Shown: piece by piece, positions 34,053 through 44,360 of the stretch | How positions within the stretch are numbered: the first letter of the stretch is position 1 | Layout of the letters: the number at the start of each line of letters is the position of its first letter | Notes under the pieces: generated by a model | What the model was told of the DNA's origin: nothing | What the model saw: only the letters and a program-made list of their open reading frames with translations | Databases searched by the model: none | Assembly (NCBI GenBank): GCA_963693365.1 | Contig: CAVNZM010000024.1 | Coordinates: 4,937 to 68,936, forward strand | Direction: 5' to 3' | From: Amoebidium appalachense | Taxonomy: Eukaryota; Protista; Ichthyosporea | DNA length: 64,000 nucleotides | Program-made: the position numbers and the translations under genes

Positions 34053-35681
34053 TCACGCATTTATGTTGAGATACCAGCCGGCCCAGTCGCACCAGCGCCA
34101 CGTCAGGTTCCGTGTGGCGTCATAGTAGTCCACGTCCTTGTACTGCTGCGCGTCGACGGTGCCATCTGGCTTTGCGCCCTCGAGGTCGTCCAGGCGCACG
34201 ATGCTTCCCGTGTAGTAGTTGCCAGTCGTTTGTGCGGGCCACGGGGAGCCCGTGTAGAAGGAGGACACCAGAGGTTCATTGTTGTCGCTTGTAAAATCAA
34301 ATTTCGCACACGAAACGCCTGGGTTGGCGGCCTCCATGAGGCGCCCCATTTCGTTTGTGTCCCAGAACGGTTCCGTACTATCCCTGACCGACTGCTTGGT
34401 TTTTGCGGTGTTGATTGCCACATTATAAGGCAGTGCCACGTATCTGTACTTTGTAGCCTGAGGGACAACACAGACAAACTTTGTTTTGTGGCCGTACGAT
34501 ACGCTTATCTCATCCATGCCGACGTCCAATAGTATGTTCTCGTTGTTGATGGCGCCTCCGAAAATATAGGAATCGCTTCTCCCGTCGCTGACAAGATAGG
34601 CGGGAACGGGTGTGTTCGAGAGCCAACTGAGGGACTCCGTGCAGAGGGCGCCTGGTGGGGCGGTCCAGCTATCCGATCCGAAGCTCGGGTACCTCCTCTC
34701 AACGGCGACAAAGCCCGGCTTGGGGACAAGGTAGAAGAAGTTGTCCGTTTGGAACATGTTGCGGTACAGAGAGGGCATGCCTGCGACACCTGGTGCTGCA
34801 TACGTGCCTGCAAGGGACCCGGTGGTAACATTGACACATCGGACCGTTCCAAATTTCGAGCCGTGCGCCCACGTGAAGCACAAAGCTGCGAAGGTAGGAC
34901 CCTCCTTGTAGATTATCCCAAACGTCACGGCCCCGGGCGGCACGCGCGGGCTGCGGACCCAGCGGTAGCCGGGCCCGTCGATCTCGTTGAGCACGAGCGA
35001 GCGGGCGTCGCGGCCGGGCACGCCCAGGTCGTACGTCCACAGCTCGATGTCCTTGACGGCGTGCTCGGTGTAGTCGGCCGTGGATGTGTAGGCGCACAGC
35101 GAGAGAAAGGTACTGGCGGTGGATGAGGGGGTCAGGTCGGCCAGTGTGTATGTCAGGCGCAGCCGGCCGAGCGAACAGAACACGTAGCCGGCGTCCGGGG
35201 CGATGCTTATGACGCACGTCTGCCAGGCGCCGTTGGTGCCGTTGGCCGGCCATCCCAGGAAGTTGAACGAGCCGTTGGGCTGGTAGGACACGACCTTCCC
35301 GGACCCCGGATTGAACTGCAGGCGGAACTCCTTGCCGGCGACGGCTCCGTTTGGGAACGAGTTGGCCTGGTTCCACGACACGTACAGGGCCTCCTTCTGC
35401 GGGGTGGACCCGGCGCCGGTCCTGAACTTGAAGGACAGCACGAAGCGCTGCCCGGGGCACACGGGCCAGTACACGTAGCCGGTCTGGTTGGCGGCGCGGT
35501 TGGTGAGGCGGATCTCGGCATTGGCCCTGTTCATGTAGGCGCTGCCGCCGAGCGTGCCGGTGGTGGGGCACGCCCAGTTGGTGCGGGCCCAGTTCTCGGG
35601 GGTCTCCTGGAGCACACATCGGGGGGGCGAGCCCTCGATGTTGAGGATGCGCTGTGTGAGGCGGGCGAGGCGGTCCGCCAT
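34053..35681 (-). CDS. Lectin-domain protein 1 (L-type/ConA-like plus DM9-like)
   Basis: MADRLARL...LGGSAY...EIRLT...GYVYW...FVLSFKFR; PPGAVTFG; ends WRWCDWAGWYL. Confidence 0.7.
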   Translation of the reverse strand: MADRLARLTQRILNIEGSPPRCVLQETPENWARTNWACPTTGTLGGSAYMNRANAEIRLTNRAANQTGYVYWPVCPGQRFVLSFKFRTGAGSTPQKEALYVSWNQANSFPNGAVAGKEFRLQFNPGSGKVVSYQPNGSFNFLGWPANGTNGAWQTCVISIAPDAGYVFCSLGRLRLTYTLADLTPSSTASTFLSLCAYTSTADYTEHAVKDIELWTYDLGVPGRDARSLVLNEIDGPGYRWVRSPRVPPGAVTFGIIYKEGPTFAALCFTWAHGSKFGTVRCVNVTTGSLAGTYAAPGVAGMPSLYRNMFQTDNFFYLVPKPGFVAVERRYPSFGSDSWTAPPGALCTESLSWLSNTPVPAYLVSDGRSDSYIFGGAINNENILLDVGMDEISVSYGHKTKFVCVVPQATKYRYVALPYNVAINTAKTKQSVRDSTEPFWDTNEMGRLMEAANPGVSCAKFDFTSDNNEPLVSSFYTGSPWPAQTTGNYYTGSIVRLDDLEGAKPDGTVDAQQYKDVDYYDATRNLTWRWCDWAGWYLNINA

Positions 35682-35714
35682 TGAGTAGGGCAAAACAAAT
35701 GTGCGCAGTGGGCA

Positions 35715-37316
35715 ATGGCGGACCGGCTGGCGACGCTGGACGCGCGAATCGACAAGCTGGCAGGGCGGCACACGACGACGCTGGTGCTTGAGAACGCCGA
35801 AACGTGGAGCGCCACGCAGCAGGGCACGGCGTGGGTGGCGCCGGCGGCGGGCGTGCTGGGGGGGACTGCGTACATGAACAGGGCGGGGGGGGAGATCCGG
35901 CTGACGGACAAGCAGAGCAGCCAGCACGGCTATGTGGTGTGGGTAATGCCACCCGTGGACAACTTCCAGCTTGCTTTCCAGTTCAGGGCCGGCGACGGCA
36001 CGACCAGCGGTGCCGATGCCTTGTGGGCCAACTGGTTTAGCTTGGGGCAACGGTACTCCGGCCAGCGATACCAGGGGGAAGACGAGCTGCTGCAGCCCGG
36101 GGCGTACCGGCTGACGTTTGACGAGTACGAGGCGCAGTCGCGGGTGTACTTTGGCGCCACGGTGCTGGGCACAGCCACGTACCCCCGAGCCGGCACCAAC
36201 GGGGTGTGGTGGACGTGCATGGTGCGGTTTGCCGCCAAGACCAACGGGCTGCAGGTGCTGCTGGACAAGGGAGCGGGCTGGACGCAGCTGCACACCCAGA
36301 CACCCACACAGCCTGCCCCCACGCGCGCGACCATCCTCTCACTGTGCGCACGCACGGGCGGGCTCTCGTGCGAGCACGCCGTGCGCAACATCACGCTCAC
36401 CACCAACACGCCGTCGCCCGGGTGCGACGCCGCGCTGACGGCCATCAACGAGCTCGAGTTTCCCACGCACACGCTTGTGCGTGCGAGCCGACCGCCGCCG
36501 GGGGCCGTGACGTTTGGGGTACATGTTAATCTGGGGCCGATCTATGCGGGGTTCTGCGCATCAGCACACGGCATGGTGCCGTGCAAGATTTCGGCGATCG
36601 GAAGCCCGATGACGGCGTACTACGCCCTGGGTGGGGCGTCCTACTCAAGCACAACGTTCTTCTATGTGGTGCCCAAGGCCGGGTTTGTTGCAACGCGCAG
36701 GCGGCAGATCGGGGGACCGCCCAATAGCGCGCTGTACATCGGCAAACCACGGGCAGCGCAAGAGCGTGGCGCCCTGTACCTCATCTCTCTGGAACGCACG
36801 GACACGTTCACGTACGGCTCGTACGAGCCGGGGGGTTCGATCCTGTGTGAATACATGGGCGCTATCACGCTTACAGACGACGGGTCGTGGGAGTACGTGT
36901 GCGTCGTCCCGCAGACCACCAAGGGGCGGTACGTGACGCTCCCACGAGGCGTCTGCACAAGTTCTGTAGGTGGTGAGTGGTCACCGGCGACTACCTTCAC
37001 GGGCCTGGACGTGGACGAGATCGTGGCGGAGGGCGAGCGCATGGCGGCCGCAAAAGGGGTCACGCTCATGGCCGTGGACTACTCGTACAAGCCGGCACTG
37101 GGGCGGGGGTACTACTTCAAGCCGGCCCCGTCGTGGCCGGCCAAGACCACGTGGCGGGACGGGGCGTGCATCATCCGCACCGACGTGTTCGAGAACGCCA
37201 AGCCGCGTGTATCGCCAACGGCGTACACCAACGCCGACTACACGGACACCAACCTGCTGGTGTGGCGCTGGCACGCTGCCTGTGGCTGGTACCTGAACAT
37301 GGCCATGCTCGCCTAG
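35715..37316 (+). CDS. Lectin-domain protein 2
   Basis: MADRLATL...LGGTAY...EIRLT...GYVVW...GADAL; PPGAVTFG; ends WRWHAACGWYL. Confidence 0.75.
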   Translation: MADRLATLDARIDKLAGRHTTTLVLENAETWSATQQGTAWVAPAAGVLGGTAYMNRAGGEIRLTDKQSSQHGYVVWVMPPVDNFQLAFQFRAGDGTTSGADALWANWFSLGQRYSGQRYQGEDELLQPGAYRLTFDEYEAQSRVYFGATVLGTATYPRAGTNGVWWTCMVRFAAKTNGLQVLLDKGAGWTQLHTQTPTQPAPTRATILSLCARTGGLSCEHAVRNITLTTNTPSPGCDAALTAINELEFPTHTLVRASRPPPGAVTFGVHVNLGPIYAGFCASAHGMVPCKISAIGSPMTAYYALGGASYSSTTFFYVVPKAGFVATRRRQIGGPPNSALYIGKPRAAQERGALYLISLERTDTFTYGSYEPGGSILCEYMGAITLTDDGSWEYVCVVPQTTKGRYVTLPRGVCTSSVGGEWSPATTFTGLDVDEIVAEGERMAAAKGVTLMAVDYSYKPALGRGYYFKPAPSWPAKTTWRDGACIIRTDVFENAKPRVSPTAYTNADYTDTNLLVWRWHAACGWYLNMAMLA

Positions 37317-37339
37317 CACATTTTGTGGGGGACTGCATT

Positions 37340-39724
37340 ATGGGCGACCGTGTGAGTGCCCTTACAGCTCGCATTGCGTGGCTGCCCACCAGCCAGCAGG
37401 GATCGCGGTGCCTCGTCTGGGAGACCCCGGACGTGTGGGCCGCCACGGGCTGGCAGGCCCCGGCCACAGGCCACCTGGGAGGATGTGCGTACTTGGACAA
37501 GACAGGGGGGGAGATCCGGCTGACCCCGGGCACGGCCAGCCAGCTGGGCTACGTGTTCTGGCCCCTGCATGCGGGCCGCCGGTTTACGCTCAGCTTCGAG
37601 GTGCGGGTCAAGCGCTTCACGGCGCTGCCGGGAACCAAGATATGGGCGGCCGTGTGGAGTCCCGTTCTGGGGCACGCATCGAGCAGTGGAAGCACCAACG
37701 TGGACCTTCGGCTGACTATGGACGGCCAGGCCGGTACGCTGAGCACCGAGACGCTCACGCAGTCCGTGGATCTCGACTCCACGTACACGACGACGGGGGC
37801 CTGGACGCCAGTTGTGATTGACGTGGTCCGGGACCAGCGGGTGACGTACGTGCACGGGGCAGCCACAAAGACCGTCACAAGCACGGCTGTGACGACGTCC
37901 GTGTCGCCCAGCAGCAGCTACGTGTGCATCGGCGCACAGACGGGCAGCAGCTACAGCGAGGTGGGCGTGCGCAACGTGGCGCTGCACTGCATGGATCCCG
38001 AAGCCATCGGGCGGGACGTGCGGCGGCTGGCGTGCAACGAGGTGGAGTTTGAGACCTACACGCTGGTGCGCCGGGCGGTGCCACCGCGCAATGCCGTGAT
38101 GTTCCAGTGCGACGCGTATGGACCGGTGTGGGGGGGCTTCTGTGTGACTAAGGAGCACGGGCTGATGCCATGCAAGATAGTGAGCAAGAACAACACCGAG
38201 CCGGTGGCTGTCTACGGGGTCGGAACCTTAGACATGTCCACATCCGATTTCGTTGATAAACCCGAAGGCGAGTCCCGTCAGATAACGGCGTCCGTATTCT
38301 TCTACCTAGTCCCAAAGCCGGGCTTCGTGGCGTGCCGGCGGCCCCAGATCAGAAGTGTGGCTGCCGGGGCCGTGGCCGTAACGTGTGCAAGCATGTCAGG
38401 GAGCCGCACGCCGCTGTACCTGATCTACTGCGAGTACAGCAACGCGTTCGGACGGTACGACCCCAGCAAGTTTGCCGAGGTGCAGTCGTCGCAGGACAGG
38501 TGGACACGCATGCTTGACTGCGGGAGTTGGGACTACGTGTGCATTGTGCCGCAGACCACCCGAGCCCCCTGGGTACAGCTGGCAAGGAGAACTTTTTCGG
38601 CGGGTGCCTCGGTATCCAACCCAGCTGGAACAAACCATTGGGCGGCAATAGTCGCGTACGCAGACACAAAGGGTTACACAAAGGTTTGCTACGAAACCAC
38701 CAGCAGTGCGCCCAATCTTAACTGTGTGTCTGGTGACATCAACACAAACGATGTCATGGTCCCCAATGGGGTGCGGTCGGCAGAATCTGTGGTGGTGAGG
38801 GCGGATCTTTTGACCAAGACCATGCCGGGCGCAGCGACAAACACCTCGAGCTACGTGTCTACCACACTTGTCAACTCGTGTGTGCCATGGCGCTGGAACA
38901 ACTGGTCGGGGTGGTACGTCTACATGCCGTATGCACGCTCGCGCTGGTACGTGTTTGACCAGCTGGCCGACCACAGCACCAGCAACACATTCAACGACTG
39001 GACAGATGCCAGCAATTTCGGATACGCAAGCCCGCAGCAATGCATGGCACGTGCAGAGGCCACCTCGGGGTGTCGGCAATTTGGCTTTGCGCCCGTCGTC
39101 AATGTAGGCGGTGTCTATGGCTACTGCTATATGCGCAAGGCGGTGGCAGCGTGGCCGTTGCAGGCCTGGACAAATCCACCCGGTATTTCCGCCTGGACTT
39201 ACAGTACGCAGCAAACATATATCATGGAGCCTGATGTTCCAGTCGCCTACCGGAACCAAGGAGTCCTGTGCGAATGGAACGGCTATTACATTCGGAGATG
39301 GGCTGTTGAACTTGGCACGTACCCCATGTCGCCCTGGGGCTCGGCATCGGGGTTTGTGACCACTGTCGCAAAGTGGATCTGGTCCGTGCCTAACGCGCAT
39401 CTGGGTTGTATGCCCAGCTGGACGTACGGCTACAAAACCTACGACAACGGGAGCTCCCCCCTTGATGTTGTGATTCATGCGCTGTGCGACAAGACGATGC
39501 AAGTGAGTGTGAACGGCATTAAGCTCGGAGTGGTAGTCGGTGGCTGGACGACCACCTCCTACCCCAAGATCAATGCTACCCTACAGCCCTTTGGAAACGT
39601 CGTTAGTTTCGTGGCCAATAACGGCACAGCAGCAAGCACCGCGGGAGTGCTGATTGCTGTGGTGCGCAGGGACAATGGCGCCGTGTTGTTTGTGAGCGAT
39701 GGGTCATGGACGAGTTCCATTTAA
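37340..39724 (+). CDS. Lectin-domain protein 3 with added PAN/apple-like and C-terminal WIW beta-sandwich domains
   Basis: Same core as paralogues, plus SPQQCMARA...CRQF...YCYMRK and AKWIWS...VNG...SDGSW. Confidence 0.75.
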   Translation: MGDRVSALTARIAWLPTSQQGSRCLVWETPDVWAATGWQAPATGHLGGCAYLDKTGGEIRLTPGTASQLGYVFWPLHAGRRFTLSFEVRVKRFTALPGTKIWAAVWSPVLGHASSSGSTNVDLRLTMDGQAGTLSTETLTQSVDLDSTYTTTGAWTPVVIDVVRDQRVTYVHGAATKTVTSTAVTTSVSPSSSYVCIGAQTGSSYSEVGVRNVALHCMDPEAIGRDVRRLACNEVEFETYTLVRRAVPPRNAVMFQCDAYGPVWGGFCVTKEHGLMPCKIVSKNNTEPVAVYGVGTLDMSTSDFVDKPEGESRQITASVFFYLVPKPGFVACRRPQIRSVAAGAVAVTCASMSGSRTPLYLIYCEYSNAFGRYDPSKFAEVQSSQDRWTRMLDCGSWDYVCIVPQTTRAPWVQLARRTFSAGASVSNPAGTNHWAAIVAYADTKGYTKVCYETTSSAPNLNCVSGDINTNDVMVPNGVRSAESVVVRADLLTKTMPGAATNTSSYVSTTLVNSCVPWRWNNWSGWYVYMPYARSRWYVFDQLADHSTSNTFNDWTDASNFGYASPQQCMARAEATSGCRQFGFAPVVNVGGVYGYCYMRKAVAAWPLQAWTNPPGISAWTYSTQQTYIMEPDVPVAYRNQGVLCEWNGYYIRRWAVELGTYPMSPWGSASGFVTTVAKWIWSVPNAHLGCMPSWTYGYKTYDNGSSPLDVVIHALCDKTMQVSVNGIKLGVVVGGWTTTSYPKINATLQPFGNVVSFVANNGTAASTAGVLIAVVRRDNGAVLFVSDGSWTSSI

Positions 39725-39731
39725 GGACAAA

Positions 39732-40121
39732 ATGTCGCCCCCATGTATGCGGCGGCAGTCGGTTCTCTCCGAGGGCCTCGGGCTCGGCCGGCTGATGCGC
39801 AACGACGTGTACGCGCGCGTGCGGTCGCTGAAGGAGGACGTGGCGCGCCTGGAGCACGAGAACGACCGCAAGGCATCGTTGGTTGAGCTGTACGTGCGCG
39901 AGATCGACGCCATGCGCAAGGACCTGCATGCCGTGTACGACAAGGTGGGCGAGCTTATTGACAACCTCGCCGACATGCAGCACGACCACAACGACTTTGT
40001 GCGGGAGATCGTGCGGCTGCGTTGGACGGTCATGCACATGGGCGAGGACCTGCGCCGCATGCAGCAGCATCCACCCGTGGAGCCCTCCTCGCCACGGTGG
40101 CAGTGGAACGCGCCCCGCTAG
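39732..40121 (+). CDS. Coiled-coil hypothetical protein
   Basis: Heptad pattern and GC3-rich codons. Confidence 0.6.
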   Translation: MSPPCMRRQSVLSEGLGLGRLMRNDVYARVRSLKEDVARLEHENDRKASLVELYVREIDAMRKDLHAVYDKVGELIDNLADMQHDHNDFVREIVRLRWTVMHMGEDLRRMQQHPPVEPSSPRWQWNAPR

Positions 40122-40143
40122 CGGTATTTTCCGCGCGTCAGGT

Positions 40144-41115
40144 ATGTCGTATGAACCCTCGACGCTGAAGGGATACCTAGCCGCCAACCATGATCTGCGG
40201 GCAAATGTTGTGAATCGCGGCAAACCGGCGCAGGCCAAGAATCAAGTCGAAGCACTCGGTGGGGGAAACCCGCCGATCCTTGCCCCCGAAGACCGCCAGA
40301 AGCTCCTGGGATGGCTGGCACGCGCCAGCACCGACCTCAAAGAGATACTGCTCGTGGACCGCGAGGAGGTGACCACGACCCATGCTCACATGGCTGCAAA
40401 CCAGAAGGTGCTGCTGTACGGACCGGCCGGTGGCGGCAAGCTGCACTGTGTCTTCTCGGTGTGTCGGCGGGTCGGCGTGTTTCCGTGGGTGGTCATGGTA
40501 GGCGAGCTGCTGAACACGGAGAACCTGCCCTTGCTAAACTGGATTGCACAGCACGATCGACGAGGAGCCCTTGTTGTGCGAGATGCCCACAACCTGACGG
40601 AGCAGAGCATCTCGGTGCTTGTGCTCGGCCTAGCGTACGCGATTCCCATCATCGGGCTCGCGAGCACGGCATCGGAGGCGTCGTGTGCGACACGCAAGTA
40701 CTTTGATGCGACTGTACACTGGCCGGCTCTGCGCGAGTCGGAGGCTAAGCTGTGTATGCAGCTGTTCGAGACCGAATTACTTGAAAGGGATCAGGATGTG
40801 TTCAAGGGCCTCCTTGTTGCCGCTGAAGACCTGACGGTTGGTGCACTGGTGGGAGCCCTACAGGTGGCAAGACGTACCCTCGCCGAACAAATGTCTGTTT
40901 GTGCAGTCGGGAGGGGCGATGACGGTGCGGTGTTTTTTGACACGCGTGCTGATGTACAAAGAGTTGTTCTAGCGGATGCCGGCGACAAGTTAAACTGGAA
41001 CGCGCTTAGCTCAAGCGTACCCCATACCATCTATGCAGTCATGCTCCTGTTGGCATGGGTCCAGGGCATGCTCTTGTCACCTGTCGACGCAACCGATTTT
41101 GCTTGCTACAGGTAG
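40144..41115 (+). CDS. Degenerate AAA+ ATPase-like protein
   Basis: KVLLYGPAGGGKL Walker A lacking S/T; altered Walker B LVVRDAH. Confidence 0.55.
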   Translation: MSYEPSTLKGYLAANHDLRANVVNRGKPAQAKNQVEALGGGNPPILAPEDRQKLLGWLARASTDLKEILLVDREEVTTTHAHMAANQKVLLYGPAGGGKLHCVFSVCRRVGVFPWVVMVGELLNTENLPLLNWIAQHDRRGALVVRDAHNLTEQSISVLVLGLAYAIPIIGLASTASEASCATRKYFDATVHWPALRESEAKLCMQLFETELLERDQDVFKGLLVAAEDLTVGALVGALQVARRTLAEQMSVCAVGRGDDGAVFFDTRADVQRVVLADAGDKLNWNALSSSVPHTIYAVMLLLAWVQGMLLSPVDATDFACYR

Positions 41116-41116
41116 A

Positions 41117-42154
41117 ATGGATCTGGACGAGTACACCCGAAGTCTGCTTACCATAGACCTCAATCCGGGGCCTATTAGTAAAGAAGAGGCAAGAGACTAT
41201 TCCGAATCGAATGTTTCATCGCTTCGCTGCCTCCTGTTTGCCATCCAGCTTTGGCTGGTCCGCGATCCTCAAACCCCCTTGGACCTGGTCGTGGATGACT
41301 CAGGGCAGACCCCGGCGCTGGTGGTTCCTGGTCTGGATTGGCGCGTTTTGAAGCTCCCGCTCTTTGCCCCGGCTTTCGCGATCCCGTATCCGGTTGCCAA
41401 ACCAACGTCGTTTGTGCAGCACGCGAACGACAGAACCTACGACAAAGACGAGCTTGCCGATCTGGTGACGGCCATGGTCCCGGGCATCCGGAGCATGATG
41501 CTCACCCGGCCCCGCACGCACGCACGGCACCCCGTGCTGCCGGCCACCATGGCCGAGGCTGTGACGCGCGTGGACCCCGCCTTCGACAAGGTGGCCGCCC
41601 AGTTCGCCGACCTGGTGCGGGCGAGCACCCCGAAGGACTCGATGGAGGTGCTCAAGCGCGACCGCGAGATCAAGCTGCTGCAGCAGTGCCTGCTGGAGCT
41701 CGAGCTCGAGTACTTCCGGCTGCAGGCCGAGAACGAGCACCTGAAGGAGCAGGAGGCCGCCATGGAGAAGAACTTCCTGCTGCCATGGTTCAAAGCGCAG
41801 GAGGACGTCTCGCAGCGCATGGCAATGTTCGAGGCGGCCGAGCGCGACGAGTACTCGCGCATGCGCAACTTCCAGCAGCAGGTGTCGGTGCAGGCGTTCA
41901 ACAGCAGCCTGCAGGCGCAGAACAACGCGCTGCTTGCGGCGTCGGGTGCCGCCATCAACGCTCGCCCGACGGCGGACTTTGCTGCGATGCTCTCCCGCAA
42001 GCGCGAGCTGGATCTGGACGACTTCGAGGAGAGCATGAAGCGCATACGCATGGCAGAGGACCAGCAGAAGGCAGCCACCATCAACCCCGACACCTACCGT
42101 GACAACATGACCATGCGTGAGGGCGTGACGTTCCCGTATTCGGCTGCAAAGTGA
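41117..42154 (+). CDS. Hypothetical coiled-coil protein
   Basis: Long ORF with strong GC3 bias. Confidence 0.7.
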   Translation: MDLDEYTRSLLTIDLNPGPISKEEARDYSESNVSSLRCLLFAIQLWLVRDPQTPLDLVVDDSGQTPALVVPGLDWRVLKLPLFAPAFAIPYPVAKPTSFVQHANDRTYDKDELADLVTAMVPGIRSMMLTRPRTHARHPVLPATMAEAVTRVDPAFDKVAAQFADLVRASTPKDSMEVLKRDREIKLLQQCLLELELEYFRLQAENEHLKEQEAAMEKNFLLPWFKAQEDVSQRMAMFEAAERDEYSRMRNFQQQVSVQAFNSSLQAQNNALLAASGAAINARPTADFAAMLSRKRELDLDDFEESMKRIRMAEDQQKAATINPDTYRDNMTMREGVTFPYSAAK

Positions 42155-42211
42155 ACAAAACCTAAAAACAGAGTTTGCGTTTCGGCTGCAAGGTGAGCGC
42201 CGGCGCCGAAA

Positions 42212-42577
42212 ATGCATGCAAGAACCATGACCCGCCGGCGACACTCCTCCACGGCTAAAACCTGCAAGAAACGCAAGGGAAAGAGACGTTGCTCAAGCAG
42301 GCACACCCACAAACACCCGGCCAAGCGGCGTAGCTCGCGCAGCGACAGAGAGCGCAGGCGCCATCGGTACAGGACGCAGTGGCGCACCAAGTACCTCGTG
42401 CTGCCTTCCCGCTTTTATGGTGACAGGCAGCGCACATCTCCAAGCGCTCCCACCACAAAGTATGACCCACCGATGCGCACGACCTCGAAGGCTTCAGGGT
42501 GTGGCTACAATGTCGGCCCCGGGGAAACTGGTCGGCCATGCAAAAACATCCATGACGTAGCCGAACCGGAGTTTTGA
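42212..42577 (+). CDS. Arg/Lys-rich basic protein, possibly DNA-condensing
   Basis: RRRHSS..KKRKGKRR..RRRHRYR. Confidence 0.5.
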   Translation: MHARTMTRRRHSSTAKTCKKRKGKRRCSSRHTHKHPAKRRSSRSDRERRRHRYRTQWRTKYLVLPSRFYGDRQRTSPSAPTTKYDPPMRTTSKASGCGYNVGPGETGRPCKNIHDVAEPEF

Positions 42578-42735
42578 TCTGGATCTAATTATATCTGATT
42601 TTCAATCGGTTGCGCGCGATCCGATTGGTCGGCATGGGTCGCCCGATCTGATTGGCTGGCATAAAACGTGGCTTCCTCACTTCGCTCCGGATCGCGCCGG
42701 CACGGCCAGCCCCATCTGAACTGCCTGCCGCGAAC

Positions 42736-43446
42736 ATGCATGTCTTTTGTCTGTTCTTGCTTGTGCTTGGGTGTAAGATACGTGCTCAGACGTTGTCCCG
42801 CTACGGTTCTGGGGATGGAAACGTGCTGTTTGCATACGAAGGGGTGGCCAACATAGACCGCTATCCCGATGTTGCACATCTCGCACACAGCCACATTGTG
42901 AGGGTGACGCATGCAGTTACGGGCGTCGGTTGGACATCGGGGACATACATACCGGACGGGACAGGCAACGGAGTGTTTGTGCTGACGTGTGCGCACGGGC
43001 CCCCCACCAGGCACCCGGACCAGCTGGCGGTGGTGTTCCCGGACGGCACCGTATCCAACGCCACTGTGCGATACAGGAGCGCTGAGCATGACTTTGCCAT
43101 CCTCCATTCGGTATACGCACATGGGATGCACGACGACCGCTTTTGTCGCTACTACGCACCCCCCGCTGCCCCTGGCATGTCCGTGCTGGCCATCGGGCTC
43201 CCTGCGGGATACAGGGGTGTGCAGTTCAGTGTGGGGACGCTCTTGGACATACAGGGTTCCACGCAGGAACTTGTGTTCAGCGGGGCCGTAGACCGTGGGA
43301 ATTCGGGGGGGCCCCTTGTGGACATGCGTGGGTGTTTGATAGGCATTGTCACGAGGCGCAGGTACCGCATGAATGGCAGGGAGGTGTTTATTGGGATAGC
43401 GGTGTCTATTGCGGCCGCCCTGGAGGCGGATGCGCGCGGGTATTAA
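42736..43446 (+). CDS. Trypsin-like serine protease with signal peptide
   Basis: VLTCAH, DFAIL and GNSGGPLVD..G.LIGIV give the catalytic triad; hydrophobic N-terminus. Confidence 0.85.
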   Translation: MHVFCLFLLVLGCKIRAQTLSRYGSGDGNVLFAYEGVANIDRYPDVAHLAHSHIVRVTHAVTGVGWTSGTYIPDGTGNGVFVLTCAHGPPTRHPDQLAVVFPDGTVSNATVRYRSAEHDFAILHSVYAHGMHDDRFCRYYAPPAAPGMSVLAIGLPAGYRGVQFSVGTLLDIQGSTQELVFSGAVDRGNSGGPLVDMRGCLIGIVTRRRYRMNGREVFIGIAVSIAAALEADARGY

Positions 43447-43474
43447 AGCAGTCGCACGGGCAGTGCCCGTCACA

Positions 43475-44152
43475 ATGGACCTGATTTCGCGCCTGAAACA
43501 GCACGAGCTGCCGTACCCACAGGGCTCCCAGGCATGGCTGCGGGAGCGCTCCTGCATGCTGACTGCCTCCGACGTGGGTGCGGCTCTGGGGGTCAACCCA
43601 TACGAGACCCGCCAGGACCTTATACGGCACAAGGCGGGCCTGGAGAGGCGCTGCGTGGACCCTGTCTTTGTTGCGTTCGGCCACAAGTACGAGGATGAGG
43701 CGGCTGATGCGTACGCCCGGAGCACAGGCCGGTCGTGTTTCTCCCTCGGGCTGGTGCGGCACCCCGTGCATCGGTGGCTGGGCGCGAGTCCGGACCGGGT
43801 GACGTTCTGTGGGCGCGTGGTGGAGATCAAGGTGCCCTACAGGCGCAGGTTCATGGAGGGGCAGGAGATCCCGGGACACTACCTGGCGCAGGTGCAGACG
43901 CAGCTGTTTGTCCTGGATCTGGACGTCGCGGACTTCGTGCAGTACGATCCACGCGACGGCTCGCTTAGGGTGGACGAGGTTTTGCGGGACCCCAACTGGT
44001 GGAGGGACAACGGACGCAGCCTGATGGCATTCCAGGGGAAGGTGCTGGACGTGCGTGCCGACCACGAGCTGCAGGCGTGGGAGGAGGAGGAGCCAGCCGA
44101 GCCAGGCAAGTGCATGGTGCCATCCACGACGACACTCACGGGCTCTTCTTGA
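43475..44152 (+). CDS. YqaJ-like viral recombinase / lambda exonuclease
   Basis: QGSQAWL..R...TASD, G...E, LGASPD, VEIKVP, Y..QVQ.QL. Confidence 0.92.
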   Translation: MDLISRLKQHELPYPQGSQAWLRERSCMLTASDVGAALGVNPYETRQDLIRHKAGLERRCVDPVFVAFGHKYEDEAADAYARSTGRSCFSLGLVRHPVHRWLGASPDRVTFCGRVVEIKVPYRRRFMEGQEIPGHYLAQVQTQLFVLDLDVADFVQYDPRDGSLRVDEVLRDPNWWRDNGRSLMAFQGKVLDVRADHELQAWEEEEPAEPGKCMVPSTTTLTGSS

Positions 44153-44360
44153 GCTTCCTGTTCACAAAGAACTTTAGGACCGGCAGCGGTACGAAGACAA
44201 GAACGTAGGGGTGGACGGCAAGGTAGACAAGCAGCAGACACCTGCTCAGCCAGTGCGCGTGACTCCTGTGGTCGGTGTGTACGTGTTGTGGTTCGCGCTG
44301 TTGTAGTGCTGGCGAAAACGGGTCGGAGGAGTGCATGGCGGTGTTTGGTGTAGGGCATAT

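Noticed and set aside
35682-36293. N-terminal extension of the 746-aa minus ORF
   Set aside because: Antisense to lectin paralogue 2; paralogue alignment puts the start at 35681
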